Source: a virus
Direction: 5' to 3' (one strand)
Virus record (IMG/VR): IMGVR_UViG_3300031715_000001
Span: 1-64,000 of that record
DNA: 64,000 nt
Shown here one piece after another: positions 18,146 through 25,919 of this stretch (position 1 is the stretch's first letter; the number at the start of each line of letters is the position of its first letter). The translations under genes and the position numbers were made by a program. The notes below the pieces were generated by a model, which worked only from the letters and a program-made list of their open reading frames with translations, was not told the origin of the DNA and did no database searches.

Positions 18146-18433
18146 TCACGCTCCTGCTCTCCGCACATGAACGGATTGCTCAGGTATCGACTTCGCTACT
18201 ACGCACCCGTTTACAGGAGGGTGCGAGACGTTCGATTGCCTTACTGTCCTGAAATATTCCACCAAATCAGTCCAGCGTGAACACCTTGCGCGACACTCTG
18301 CATGTTTACAGGTTCTGATATGAGTTGTGTACTCTTTGATCGAAACACCTTCGGGGTCGAAGCCGCATTGAAATCTGAGGTCCAGTGGATGGCAAGACTG
18401 TGTCTTTGAAAGTTCGAAGATGGACTGTTTCAT
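18146..18433 (-). CDS. Hypothetical protein; C-terminus from family A hairpin
   Basis: Lower-GC ORF between two A copies. Confidence 0.5.
   Translation of the reverse strand: MKQSIFELSKTQSCHPLDLRFQCGFDPEGVSIKEYTTHIRTCKHAECRARCSRWTDLVEYFRTVRQSNVSHPPVNGCVVAKSIPEQSVHVRRAGA
18202..18230 (-). repeat. Family A hairpin (intragenic)
   Basis: rc cgtctcgcaccctcctgtaaacgggtgcg. Confidence 0.85.
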
Positions 18434-18456
18434 AAATCAGCTATTAGCTTTTCGAG

Positions 18457-18520
18457 CGTTTCGTGCCCTCCTGGCAACGGGCACGGAGCAACATCGTTCT
18501 ACCCCCCCGGCGCTCCGTTT
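18457..18520 (+). repeat. Family A element, long tail
   Basis: cgtttcgtgccctcctggcaacgggcacggagca..ccgttt. Confidence 0.9.
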
Positions 18521-18541
18521 GTCCGCTCGTCTCGATGGGCA

Positions 18542-19012
18542 TTATCTTGTCGAGCAGATACACTCGTCTTCACCACAATCTGGACAGACATCATCATCGA
18601 ATTCGCTATCGTCTTCTGAGGCTGCCGCTGCAAGCGCCATCTGCGCCTTAGACGGGGCTTCGATCAGGATCAAAGGTCTGGCCACGGTCTTCTCAAGCGC
18701 GGTTCGTGCCGCTTCTTCAGTGCAGGGATTAATCGCGTAGAGAGCGCCTGGTGCAACTAGTCGTGATCTCGCTGGACTCGCAGCGCGCTTCACCTTCGCG
18801 CCCGCCGGGGTCCAGGATCTCCCGTCTTCCCCTACGTTAACGAATGCCGGAGCGTTCAGGACATATTCGCGTTCTGGCAGCTCTGGCGTGTCAATGCGAA
18901 AGAGAACCGCTTGGCCGAAGGCTTGCGTCGTTACAAATCCGATTTCACTCCGATGACCCATCAGCTCGACGATTGCCCAGTCTTCGAAATTGGCCTGTTG
19001 TGTTTCGCTCAT
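18542..19012 (-). CDS. Hypothetical phage protein
   Basis: WAIVELMGHR..GFV..FRID.P..ALYAINPCTEE; start MSETQQ overlaps upstream stop. Confidence 0.7.
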   Translation of the reverse strand: MSETQQANFEDWAIVELMGHRSEIGFVTTQAFGQAVLFRIDTPELPEREYVLNAPAFVNVGEDGRSWTPAGAKVKRAASPARSRLVAPGALYAINPCTEEAARTALEKTVARPLILIEAPSKAQMALAAAASEDDSEFDDDVCPDCGEDECICSTR

Positions 19013-19515
19013 GCCCGCGCCTTCCGCGCCTGGCGCTTGGCTTCCCCGGCCTGCCTGTAAGCTTCGATCAGCTCGGGCGTGGGTTTCGTTTTGACGGGCG
19101 GATCCACATAATGGCGGACGTCGATATCGATGTGCTCGACCACTTTGTAGTAATCGCCATCCGGATCCCGAAGGATTCGCGCTGGTGCTGGGTCTTTCTT
19201 GCGCCAGTGCTCCCAAATCTCTACGCGGACGTCCTTCAGAGCCCCGCAGTGCTTCAGCACCTTCCTCAGCGACAGTTTGCGGCCTTCGCGTCTGGAGAAG
19301 TTGTCCAGGTCGGAGCACAGCGCGTTGTCGATGGCGATGAAATTGATCTTGGTGATCGCTCCGTCAGGGCTTTCCTGCGCAATGTTCTGGCAGACGATTA
19401 CGCACGTGCTAACTGCTTTGACATGTCCCCGATGGAGTTGCGCTCTCTTGCCGCCCTTCTTGATGTGCCGCCATTCGACTATGTAAGATTTATCGTTCAG
19501 AAGTAGCTTCAACAT
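19009..19515 (-). CDS. Hypothetical phage protein
   Basis: CSDLDNFSRREGRKLSL segment. Confidence 0.6.
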   Translation of the reverse strand: MLKLLLNDKSYIVEWRHIKKGGKRAQLHRGHVKAVSTCVIVCQNIAQESPDGAITKINFIAIDNALCSDLDNFSRREGRKLSLRKVLKHCGALKDVRVEIWEHWRKKDPAPARILRDPDGDYYKVVEHIDIDVRHYVDPPVKTKPTPELIEAYRQAGEAKRQARKARA

Positions 19516-19532
19516 TCTTGTTCACCTATCCT

Positions 19533-19569
19533 CCGTCTCGCGCTCTCCTGGCAACGGGCACGTTGGGGA
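19533..19569 (+). repeat. Family A element, short tail
   Basis: ccgtctcgcgctctcctggcaacgggcacgttgggga. Confidence 0.9.
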
Positions 19570-19594
19570 TTCGCGCTGATTGTACCGACGTTGC

Positions 19595-19840
19595 TCATCG
19601 TCCAAGTTGTTCGAGCAGCGCCTGGAAGAATGCCTCCGGATCTTGTGAGATCTTCGCCGTCATTTCTTGCTCGTTAGCGTCCAGCATAAACAGCAGCCGT
19701 TTCAATTCATCCGCCGATGCTCCGCGTCCCGCATCGAGCAACACCGGAACTAATCCGCGGGCGTAAGCGACTATGGCGTTCTTGCTGGACTCCGACTGTT
19801 TGAGGTATCGGCCCATGGCCGCCTTTATCTCTTCGTTCAT
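19595..19840 (-). CDS. Hypothetical protein
   Basis: Coupled ORF. Confidence 0.55.
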   Translation of the reverse strand: MNEEIKAAMGRYLKQSESSKNAIVAYARGLVPVLLDAGRGASADELKRLLFMLDANEQEMTAKISQDPEAFFQALLEQLGR

Positions 19841-20088
19841 TTCCGATCCTTGGCCTTCGCTATCTGGTCCAACGAGTTCGTGATAAATTCCTCTGGAATC
19901 TCGAAGTTCTGCTCATAGTCCTTGCCACCCGAGGTGTACGTGAGGGTCAGACACGGTTTGCGGCCCGTTTTGATCTGATAGTCGATCTCGAGTAATTGCT
20001 CTTCGGTCAGATCCAGGGCCATATAAGCTGATTCGCCTGGCTGGATCGTCATCCCCTGTTGAAATGGCACTGGCGGTTTTTTCTCCAT
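19837..20088 (-). CDS. Hypothetical protein
   Basis: Coupled ORF. Confidence 0.55.
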   Translation of the reverse strand: MEKKPPVPFQQGMTIQPGESAYMALDLTEEQLLEIDYQIKTGRKPCLTLTYTSGGKDYEQNFEIPEEFITNSLDQIAKAKDRK

Positions 20089-20194
20089 ATGGTGCGGAGA
20101 AAAGGACCGGGAGTGTCGATCGATGCTGAACCCATGTGTTTCTCCCGGCCCCTCTCGCTCAGATTGTGTCCTCTCCGCTTACCTCCTTTCAATT

Positions 20195-20235
20195 AAAAAA
20201 GATGCGCGGCCTTGGCTTTTGAAGGAGACCGCGCA
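20195..20235 (-). terminator. Putative intrinsic terminator
   Basis: TGCGCGG..CCGCGCA stem followed by TC and T6 on minus strand. Confidence 0.5.
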
Positions 20236-20246
20236 ATATAAACTTC

Positions 20247-20288
20247 ATTTGCCGCTGCTTTCGGGAACGAAACCCGTCGGTTTCTTTC
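20247..20288. repeat. Family F direct repeat, copy 1
   Basis: gccgctgctttcgggaacgaaacccgtcggtttcttt. Confidence 0.7.
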
Positions 20289-20309
20289 CCAAGCCCATTC
20301 TTCCCTTCT

Positions 20310-20996
20310 TTACGCGCGAAGCCTCGTAGCATTCGCCGTTTTCAAAAACAGATCCTCGTTGAGTTCCAACATCAATTTCTTGGCCAGCGCTAAGTCAGCT
20401 CCCGGTAAGTTGTTCTCTGGAATCTCATACGGCGGATGGATACAGTAGCTTTCCACTGGTCCTTTTTCATCGATGCGCTTCACGTCGCCGCGTTCGCTGA
20501 TCTGATATCGATACTTCCCGCTCTTGCCAATCACTTCGAATTGTTTTTGTTTCTCGAACTGTTCGCGTTGATTGGGGTCGAGATGCTTCAACAGCAAGTC
20601 GAGGGCGATAGCATGGATTCTCTTCGCTCGCGCCCTGGCTTCAGCCTGCAGGGTAGCAACGCGTTGGGCCTCGGCCTCGCGAGCACGCCTCTCCGCTTCG
20701 TTCTCCCGGCACACGATACCGACGTTCCACTGCTGCCATGTAACATGCGAGTCGCTGGCGGTGATGGCGGCGCTGCCCAAGGTGTTGATCTGGCCAGCGT
20801 GGCTCGCCGTCTGTTGTTGAATCCAGATCGGCCGCACATTGTAATAGACGCCCTGCGTCGTGATGTTGCTGCCAGCAGAGGTGTAGGCTTGGTTCCACGC
20901 CGGCCATGTATATTGAACGTTGGACACAAGTCCACCTACGGCGTTGGTGAACAAGCCACCGCTGAGCCCGCAAAGGACAGAGCCTTGGCTAGCCAT
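20310..20996 (-). CDS. Hypothetical phage protein
   Basis: ALDLLLKHL..FEVIGKSG..YCIHP..LAKKLMLELNEDLFLKTAN. Confidence 0.7.
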   Translation of the reverse strand: MASQGSVLCGLSGGLFTNAVGGLVSNVQYTWPAWNQAYTSAGSNITTQGVYYNVRPIWIQQQTASHAGQINTLGSAAITASDSHVTWQQWNVGIVCRENEAERRAREAEAQRVATLQAEARARAKRIHAIALDLLLKHLDPNQREQFEKQKQFEVIGKSGKYRYQISERGDVKRIDEKGPVESYCIHPPYEIPENNLPGADLALAKKLMLELNEDLFLKTANATRLRA

Positions 20997-21003
20997 GGCG
21001 GAT

Positions 21004-21264
21004 CTACCCGCCTTTCATGGCCGGCGCCATGATCAATCGTTCGGCGTTCGGGTCAAACTTGTGGATGACTTCGCCCTTCTCGCCATCCTTGCCTTTGACC
21101 GAGTAAGCGGCGTAGCCTTTGGTCTTGAGTGAATCGAAGGTCGCGCGCGCCGCCGCGATCTCGTCGTTATTGTCGCGATTCCAGATGATCTTGGTATCGC
21201 CCTCCTGATTGAGCACGCACATCATCCCTTGGTTGGGAGCTAATTCAGTGGTCGTGTCTAACAT
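21004..21264 (-). CDS. Hypothetical phage protein
   Basis: GDTKIIWN..AARATFD..FDPNAERLIMAP; AAGGAG RBS. Confidence 0.7.
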   Translation of the reverse strand: MLDTTTELAPNQGMMCVLNQEGDTKIIWNRDNNDEIAAARATFDSLKTKGYAAYSVKGKDGEKGEVIHKFDPNAERLIMAPAMKGG

Positions 21265-21286
21265 TCGAATGTTCTCCTTCACAAAT

Positions 21287-21330
21287 ATTCGCCGCTGCTT
21301 TCGCAAGACACGAAACCTTCGGTTTCTTTT
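21287..21330. repeat. Family F direct repeat, copy 2
   Basis: gccgctgctttcgcaagacacgaaaccttcggtttcttt. Confidence 0.7.
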
Positions 21331-21359
21331 CTTGCAATCTTTTCTTCCCTCAGCACGCC

Positions 21360-21686
21360 TCAATCTGTTCGCACGACATAAAAATATCGCACCGTGCCGA
21401 GGTGTTTACCTTTTCCACCGTTGCTCAGAACGCTTCGTCTCCACTTTTCTTCGTCGGCCTCCGCTACTATCAGCATTGGAGTCGGCGGCAAGATAACACC
21501 GTTAAGGCCCGTAAGCTCCATATGTCTATCAACCCCGCATTGTTCGCACGGATTACCGCAGACCGTTCCAACCTTATGTGGGCGATCAAATCCCCATACA
21601 AGATCGTCATCAGCAACAACGTCAGCACTCGGAGCGCGTACGGACGAAGCCGATCCATTTTCAACCGATGAGGAAAGCGTCGACAT
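21360..21686 (-). CDS. Hypothetical protein, paralogue of 24340..24723
   Basis: GSASSVRAPS N-terminus (family D); PMLIVAEA..RYFYVV. Confidence 0.6.
   Translation of the reverse strand: MSTLSSSVENGSASSVRAPSADVVADDDLVWGFDRPHKVGTVCGNPCEQCGVDRHMELTGLNGVILPPTPMLIVAEADEEKWRRSVLSNGGKGKHLGTVRYFYVVRTD
21628..21684 (+). repeat. Family D element
   Basis: ctcggagcgcgtacggacgaagccgatcc..cgatgaggaaagcgtc. Confidence 0.8.
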
Positions 21687-21696
21687 ATCATCCCCC

Positions 21697-22404
21697 TCAT
21701 GATCCCGGTGGTAAAGCAGCTTGCATTGCTGATAAAAGTGCTTGTACATTTACTCCTTGTGAAACAAGTGGAGATGTAATATTCACTCCAGATGAGTTAT
21801 ATGCTTGTCCAGTGGCAATGATGATCGCAATGGACTGCGCGGCCTGCCCATTAATCGACACCAACGCCTGCAAAGAATCGTTGACGTCTGGAGAAACCGG
21901 TCCTGCGAGTACAAAGGAAGGAGCTGCGGTAGGTGTGACCGGTGTAACCGCCGCCGTGAACGCAGTCTGGATCGCCTGAGAGACGCCTGAGATATTCAAT
22001 AGGGCGCTCATGGCCACGTCCGAGGCCGCTTGGAAATTGTCCTGGTAGTAGAGAATCACCCGAGCCGTGTAGGTCGAATTCGACGGCGTTGTTTGGGTAT
22101 CTCCGACGTAGCCCTGGAAGATTCGGATGTCGTCGTTGGCGTCGTACAGGCTTCCCGTCCCTCCGAGCTGATACTGAAGATAGACCAGATCGTCGGGTAA
22201 TAAGCCCAGGGCCGTCATCTCGGCTTCGGTGAAGCTTCCGCCTGGCCCTGAACCGGTACTCTGGGAATTCGTGGCGATCCCGAAGATTCCTGTCGGTTGT
22301 AAAGGTAATAGCTTGACTTGTGGAAAGAGGAAGTTCTTCACCTGATTCAGTGAACAGTTTTTGACTGCGTTGGGAGCCACTAAAGGCTCAATATTCGGAT
22401 TCAT
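21697..22404 (-). CDS. Hypothetical protein
   Basis: 235-aa ORF with upstream GGAG RBS. Confidence 0.65.
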   Translation of the reverse strand: MNPNIEPLVAPNAVKNCSLNQVKNFLFPQVKLLPLQPTGIFGIATNSQSTGSGPGGSFTEAEMTALGLLPDDLVYLQYQLGGTGSLYDANDDIRIFQGYVGDTQTTPSNSTYTARVILYYQDNFQAASDVAMSALLNISGVSQAIQTAFTAAVTPVTPTAAPSFVLAGPVSPDVNDSLQALVSINGQAAQSIAIIIATGQAYNSSGVNITSPLVSQGVNVQALLSAMQAALPPGS

Positions 22405-22446
22405 TGATTACTCCTTTACTGAAACTTGTTCTCCACGGCTTTGGTT

Positions 22447-22482
22447 CGTTTCGTGCCCTCCTGACAACGGGCACGTTGGGAA
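22447..22482 (+). repeat. Family A element, short tail
   Basis: cgtttcgtgccctcctgacaacgggcacgttgggaa. Confidence 0.9.
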
Positions 22483-22486
22483 CTCG

Positions 22487-23059
22487 TCAGCGGAAGCTTG
22501 GCTCGTCCCAGCGCTCGACTACGAACATCTGGTCCGGCGCGGACTTAAGCCTCACGCCCAAGAACGGATCGATCTTTTCGCCCAGAGCCGCAACGTAGAA
22601 GGACACCTTATCGCCCAACTTCTCAACGATGGAATCGGCCGTCATCAATACTGGAAGTGGAACGATCTCGGGATAGAGCTGCGTCGAGAAAGATCCTGAG
22701 TCGCGGCTCCAACTATAGTCCCCGATACGGCGCCTCTCGGTGTCCTGCGTTCGAATCACATTTTGATCGCTGGCACGCAAGGGATACCAGTGCCACTCCC
22801 GTCTGGCGTCCTCCGCTTTCTTAGTCATGAAGGCTTCGACCTGGTCGAAATCGTAGATGCGCGCGCCTATTTCCTCGAGAACGGACACCAGCGCTCGCAC
22901 CCCCGTTCCAGAGATGGTGCGTACCCCTAATTTTGCCGCGAGCCTTTGGTGCTCCAGCAGTATGGAATCGTTCTCATCGTAGGTCGCGAGCGGTTTAGTT
23001 CGACGCAGACCGTCCTTAATGACTTCGCCGGTTTGGTCTTTTGATTTTGAAAATAACAT
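22487..23059 (-). CDS. Hypothetical phage protein
   Basis: DPFL..VVERWDEPSF C-terminus; AAGGAG RBS; bracketed by A copies. Confidence 0.7.
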   Translation of the reverse strand: MLFSKSKDQTGEVIKDGLRRTKPLATYDENDSILLEHQRLAAKLGVRTISGTGVRALVSVLEEIGARIYDFDQVEAFMTKKAEDARREWHWYPLRASDQNVIRTQDTERRRIGDYSWSRDSGSFSTQLYPEIVPLPVLMTADSIVEKLGDKVSFYVAALGEKIDPFLGVRLKSAPDQMFVVERWDEPSFR

Positions 23060-23079
23060 TCGACGTTCTCCTTTCAATT

Positions 23080-23142
23080 AAGCGAACTGCCGGGGCGTCG
23101 GCCCCTCTTCACCGCGCTGCAACTCCAGGGCAGCGCGAAACG
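23080..23142 (-). repeat. Family A element, long tail
   Basis: rc cgtttcgcgctgccctggagttgcagcgcggtgaaga..cgctt. Confidence 0.9.
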
Positions 23143-23165
23143 TTCCATAATTCCCTTCATAAGAT

Positions 23166-23408
23166 TTACCGATCCTCCGTATGAGCTAAAGGTCTTAGAG
23201 ATTCGGCAAGATGTTTGGCTAAGGCCTTCCGATCCGCCTCATCCAGTTTCAAATCCCGGCGGGCTGCTTCTGAGACTCCCCGCATGTATTCGTTGATAAC
23301 TTCCATGGCCTTTGATCCGCCTGCTTGCGGCCCAACGTGGTCACGTATTGCGATTACCTGCCTCTGCAGATCGTCCCAATGTGCCAGGGTTGCGAGGTCC
23401 CAGCTCAT
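23166..23408 (-). CDS. Hypothetical protein
   Basis: Coupled ORF. Confidence 0.55.
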   Translation of the reverse strand: MSWDLATLAHWDDLQRQVIAIRDHVGPQAGGSKAMEVINEYMRGVSEAARRDLKLDEADRKALAKHLAESLRPLAHTEDR

Positions 23409-23890
23409 ACCATTACTTTTTCTGTAAGATCGGCATGATTATGTTTGGGTCCCTCAGACATACTTGCGGAACCCTGAGGCTGGCTCCCGCATTCTTCTGA
23501 GCGCAAGCTCGTGCGGGCCAGAGCTACCTCACCTGTTGGTTCGACCGGGGATTCACGTTCGATACTCTCGACCCAATAGGCGATCACGTTGCGGCTCAGC
23601 CTGTGCTCATTATTCAGGTGCACGATCATTTCATGCACTGTTGATGGGCACCAGAAACGGTCGCAATAAACGTTAGGGCATCTCGGTACTATGGTGGTCA
23701 GAATGGGAAAAATACGATAGACTTTGTCCCACTTGCTGCGACAGTCCCACCCCCACCCTTCGCGCGGAGCAACAGCCAGGAGCGCGGAGCCCAGAGCGCA
23801 ACTAGCGCCCGTTCGGTCAAACAAGACCCCGAACAATTGGGGTCCATTCAAAGCACCTAGCCTGATGGCCTCGCTTAATTTGAGATTCAT
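23405..23890 (-). CDS. Hypothetical phage protein; C-terminus from family E
   Basis: LSEAIRLG..CALG..HLNNEH..IAYWVE. Confidence 0.65.
   Translation of the reverse strand: MNLKLSEAIRLGALNGPQLFGVLFDRTGASCALGSALLAVAPREGWGWDCRSKWDKVYRIFPILTTIVPRCPNVYCDRFWCPSTVHEMIVHLNNEHRLSRNVIAYWVESIERESPVEPTGEVALARTSLRSEECGSQPQGSASMSEGPKHNHADLTEKVMV
23448..23526 (+). repeat. Family E element with nested 33-bp hairpin
   Basis: gtccctcagaca..ccctgaggctggctc[33 bp]agagcta. Confidence 0.8.
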
Positions 23891-24339
23891 AAAGTCCTTT
23901 CTGTCTTTTCGGGTATGCCAGGGGCATCCAGGACACGCGTGGTCAAGGGTCCCAACAAAAAAGAATCTTGCATATACTTAAGGAATCCAATAGCAGCCCG
24001 TGATTTAGCTAATTCAACAATGGGCAGCTTTTTCAATTTCACTTCGATCTTTCTCAAAGCCTCTTCAGAAACCAGTTGCAGCAATACCAGACCTATCCCG
24101 CATAGTTCCAGATGATTCCCGCACAGTGAACACTTGTCGAGATGCTGTTGAAATAGGTCAGTCCGGGTAGTCATAATCGTAAGTTCTCTCTGCTGCTTTT
24201 GCTTTGGTCTTTTCCTGTGACTTCGATGCGTGGTTTTTCGTGGCGCGGGATACGGGCTTCGGTGATTCCATGGAGAGGCTCGGTTCGTAATCCTGGCTCG
24301 GCATGGCATATCGGACTGGTGAGGGCTGTACGGTGTGAG

Positions 24340-24723
24340 TCATTCGGCTATCACCTTGTAGAAATATCGATAGCGCTGTATGTCGATCAAGCGCTTGTAG
24401 AAATATCGATAGCGCTGTATGTCGATCAAGCGCCTGGGTTCGGGCAAGGACTTGGGATAGAAGCGTTCAATCTGAGCAATGAACTCAGAGGCAGTGGCCT
24501 CTCCCACAACGACCGTCGGATGATGGAGACGGCCCAACACATTGTTGAGACCTGGAAGCACTTGCTTGATTGAAGCCTCCTTGTGTCCGGCTACCACGAT
24601 GTGCCCCTGCTCTTCCATTACCCACTGAGCCATCTCTTCGGGACTGCTCGGAGCGCGCACGGACGAAGCCGAACCTTTCTCGGTCGATGATGCAAGCGTC
24701 AAACTATGAGCAGTATCTTTCAT
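24340..24723 (-). CDS. Hypothetical protein, paralogue of 21360..21686, with 13-aa duplication
   Basis: GSASSVRAPS; PTVVVGEA; (RLIDIQRYRYFYK)x2. Confidence 0.6.
   Translation of the reverse strand: MKDTAHSLTLASSTEKGSASSVRAPSSPEEMAQWVMEEQGHIVVAGHKEASIKQVLPGLNNVLGRLHHPTVVVGEATASEFIAQIERFYPKSLPEPRRLIDIQRYRYFYKRLIDIQRYRYFYKVIAE
24355..24433. repeat. Perfect 39-bp tandem duplication
   Basis: cttgtagaaatatcgatagcgctgtatgtcgatcaagcg x2. Confidence 0.95.
24647..24703 (+). repeat. Family D element
   Basis: ctcggagcgcgcacggacgaagccgaacc..cgatgatgcaagcgtc. Confidence 0.8.
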
Positions 24724-24727
24724 GCAG

Positions 24728-25147
24728 TCATGCTCTTTTCCTCAATTTATTAACACCTGTGGAAATAACAGACTTCTTATTCGGTATGGCAGTCACATTC
24801 CTCGATCTAACAGTTAGTACCCGTTGAACAACTGAAATGAAGTACTGGAGATCATTCGTCTTCACGATCACGCCCTTAGCCGGATCAGCCGGTCGAATAG
24901 TCTCCCATCTCAGTACGTAAAGTTCATCCACGTGACTCACTCGGCCATACCAACAAAGTTGAGAGGATGCGTCCAGGCGCACACACTTCCTCGGGTGCTT
25001 CAATAGTTTCTCTATTTCCACCGTGACTAAATCAATCTGCGGTTTCATTGCCTTACTTACACTGAGACCCTTGCTCCGTCTCGTGCCCTCCTGGAGCACG
25101 GGCACGTTGGGGATCAGGTCTCGACCTATTGGCTGGTTCATGGCCAT
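24728..25147 (-). CDS. Hypothetical protein; N-terminus includes family A
   Basis: ORF coupled to neighbours. Confidence 0.5.
   Translation of the reverse strand: MAMNQPIGRDLIPNVPVLQEGTRRSKGLSVSKAMKPQIDLVTVEIEKLLKHPRKCVRLDASSQLCWYGRVSHVDELYVLRWETIRPADPAKGVIVKTNDLQYFISVVQRVLTVRSRNVTAIPNKKSVISTGVNKLRKRA
25076..25113 (+). repeat. Family A element, short tail
   Basis: ccgtctcgtgccctcctggagcacgggcacgttgggga. Confidence 0.9.
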
Positions 25148-25152
25148 CTCTT

Positions 25153-25581
25153 TCAGGGCCGTCCACTGCTGCGCGCCATCATTCGCTCGGTTTTCGGACC
25201 GCCGTTCAGGCGCACATTGATACCGCGTGCTATTTGCTTGCCAAGGTCGGTCAGCGAGAATAGATATTTGGTATCGTGACGGTCCCGGTCAGTCGTTAGC
25301 CGTTCCAGATCGTGCATTGCCTGATGCACCTTCACCTCATCCTTCAAAATAAAGCCCGCCTTCGCCCGCTTCCAACATTCACTGATCTTAAGTGCGGTGT
25401 CCTTTTCCTCGCTCAATTCGGTACGCCGCAAGATGCCAAGTTCCGCCAAAGCATTGCAGTGGTAATCGCCTGGCATAGGCTTGCCGGCGACCGTGAGACG
25501 AATAATCCATCGGGTCTCTTCGACCGACAGTCGGATCGGTGTCGTTTCAATTGGTGACTCGTTCTTCGTTTCGTTTTTCAC
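25153..25581 (-). CDS. Hypothetical protein (wHTH-like)
   Basis: LAELGIL..SLTDLGKQIA; AAGGAG RBS. Confidence 0.6.
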   Translation of the reverse strand: MKNETKNESPIETTPIRLSVEETRWIIRLTVAGKPMPGDYHCNALAELGILRRTELSEEKDTALKISECWKRAKAGFILKDEVKVHQAMHDLERLTTDRDRHDTKYLFSLTDLGKQIARGINVRLNGGPKTERMMARSSGRP

Positions 25582-25601
25582 GGTTTGGCTCCTTCACAAA
25601 T

Positions 25602-25665
25602 AAACGGACTACCGGGGAACCCACCCCCTCCTCACCGCGCCCGTTGACAGGAGGGCGCGAAACGG
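25602..25665 (-). repeat. Family A element, long tail
   Basis: rc ccgtttcgcgccctcctgtcaacgggcgcggtgagga..ccgttt. Confidence 0.9.
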
Positions 25666-25673
25666 AATAACAT

Positions 25674-25919
25674 TCACTGCTGACTTTCCGTAATTACCGG
25701 TTCATTGGTTAAATCCGAACTTTTGACTGCTCTAAACACTGGCTTCTCTATCGATTCATAAATGACTGCTTCAGTACCATCTGGTTGTGGAGTACCGTCT
25801 ACTTCTTTCCTGACCCTTATACGGCACCATTCCTTTAATAGATCGAGTCTTTCGCCGAAGCTCTGATAAGGCTTACCCGATGCTCCGTTGGTATATTGAA
25901 TTACAGCGCGGTATTTCAT
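25674..25919 (-). CDS. Hypothetical protein
   Basis: Lower-GC ORF coupled to MTase stop. Confidence 0.55.
   Translation of the reverse strand: MKYRAVIQYTNGASGKPYQSFGERLDLLKEWCRIRVRKEVDGTPQPDGTEAVIYESIEKPVFRAVKSSDLTNEPVITESQQ

Noticed and set aside
19013-19318. N-terminal 100 aa of ORF 18542..19318
   Set aside because: Overlaps the 19009..19515 gene; real start is likely MSETQQ at 19012
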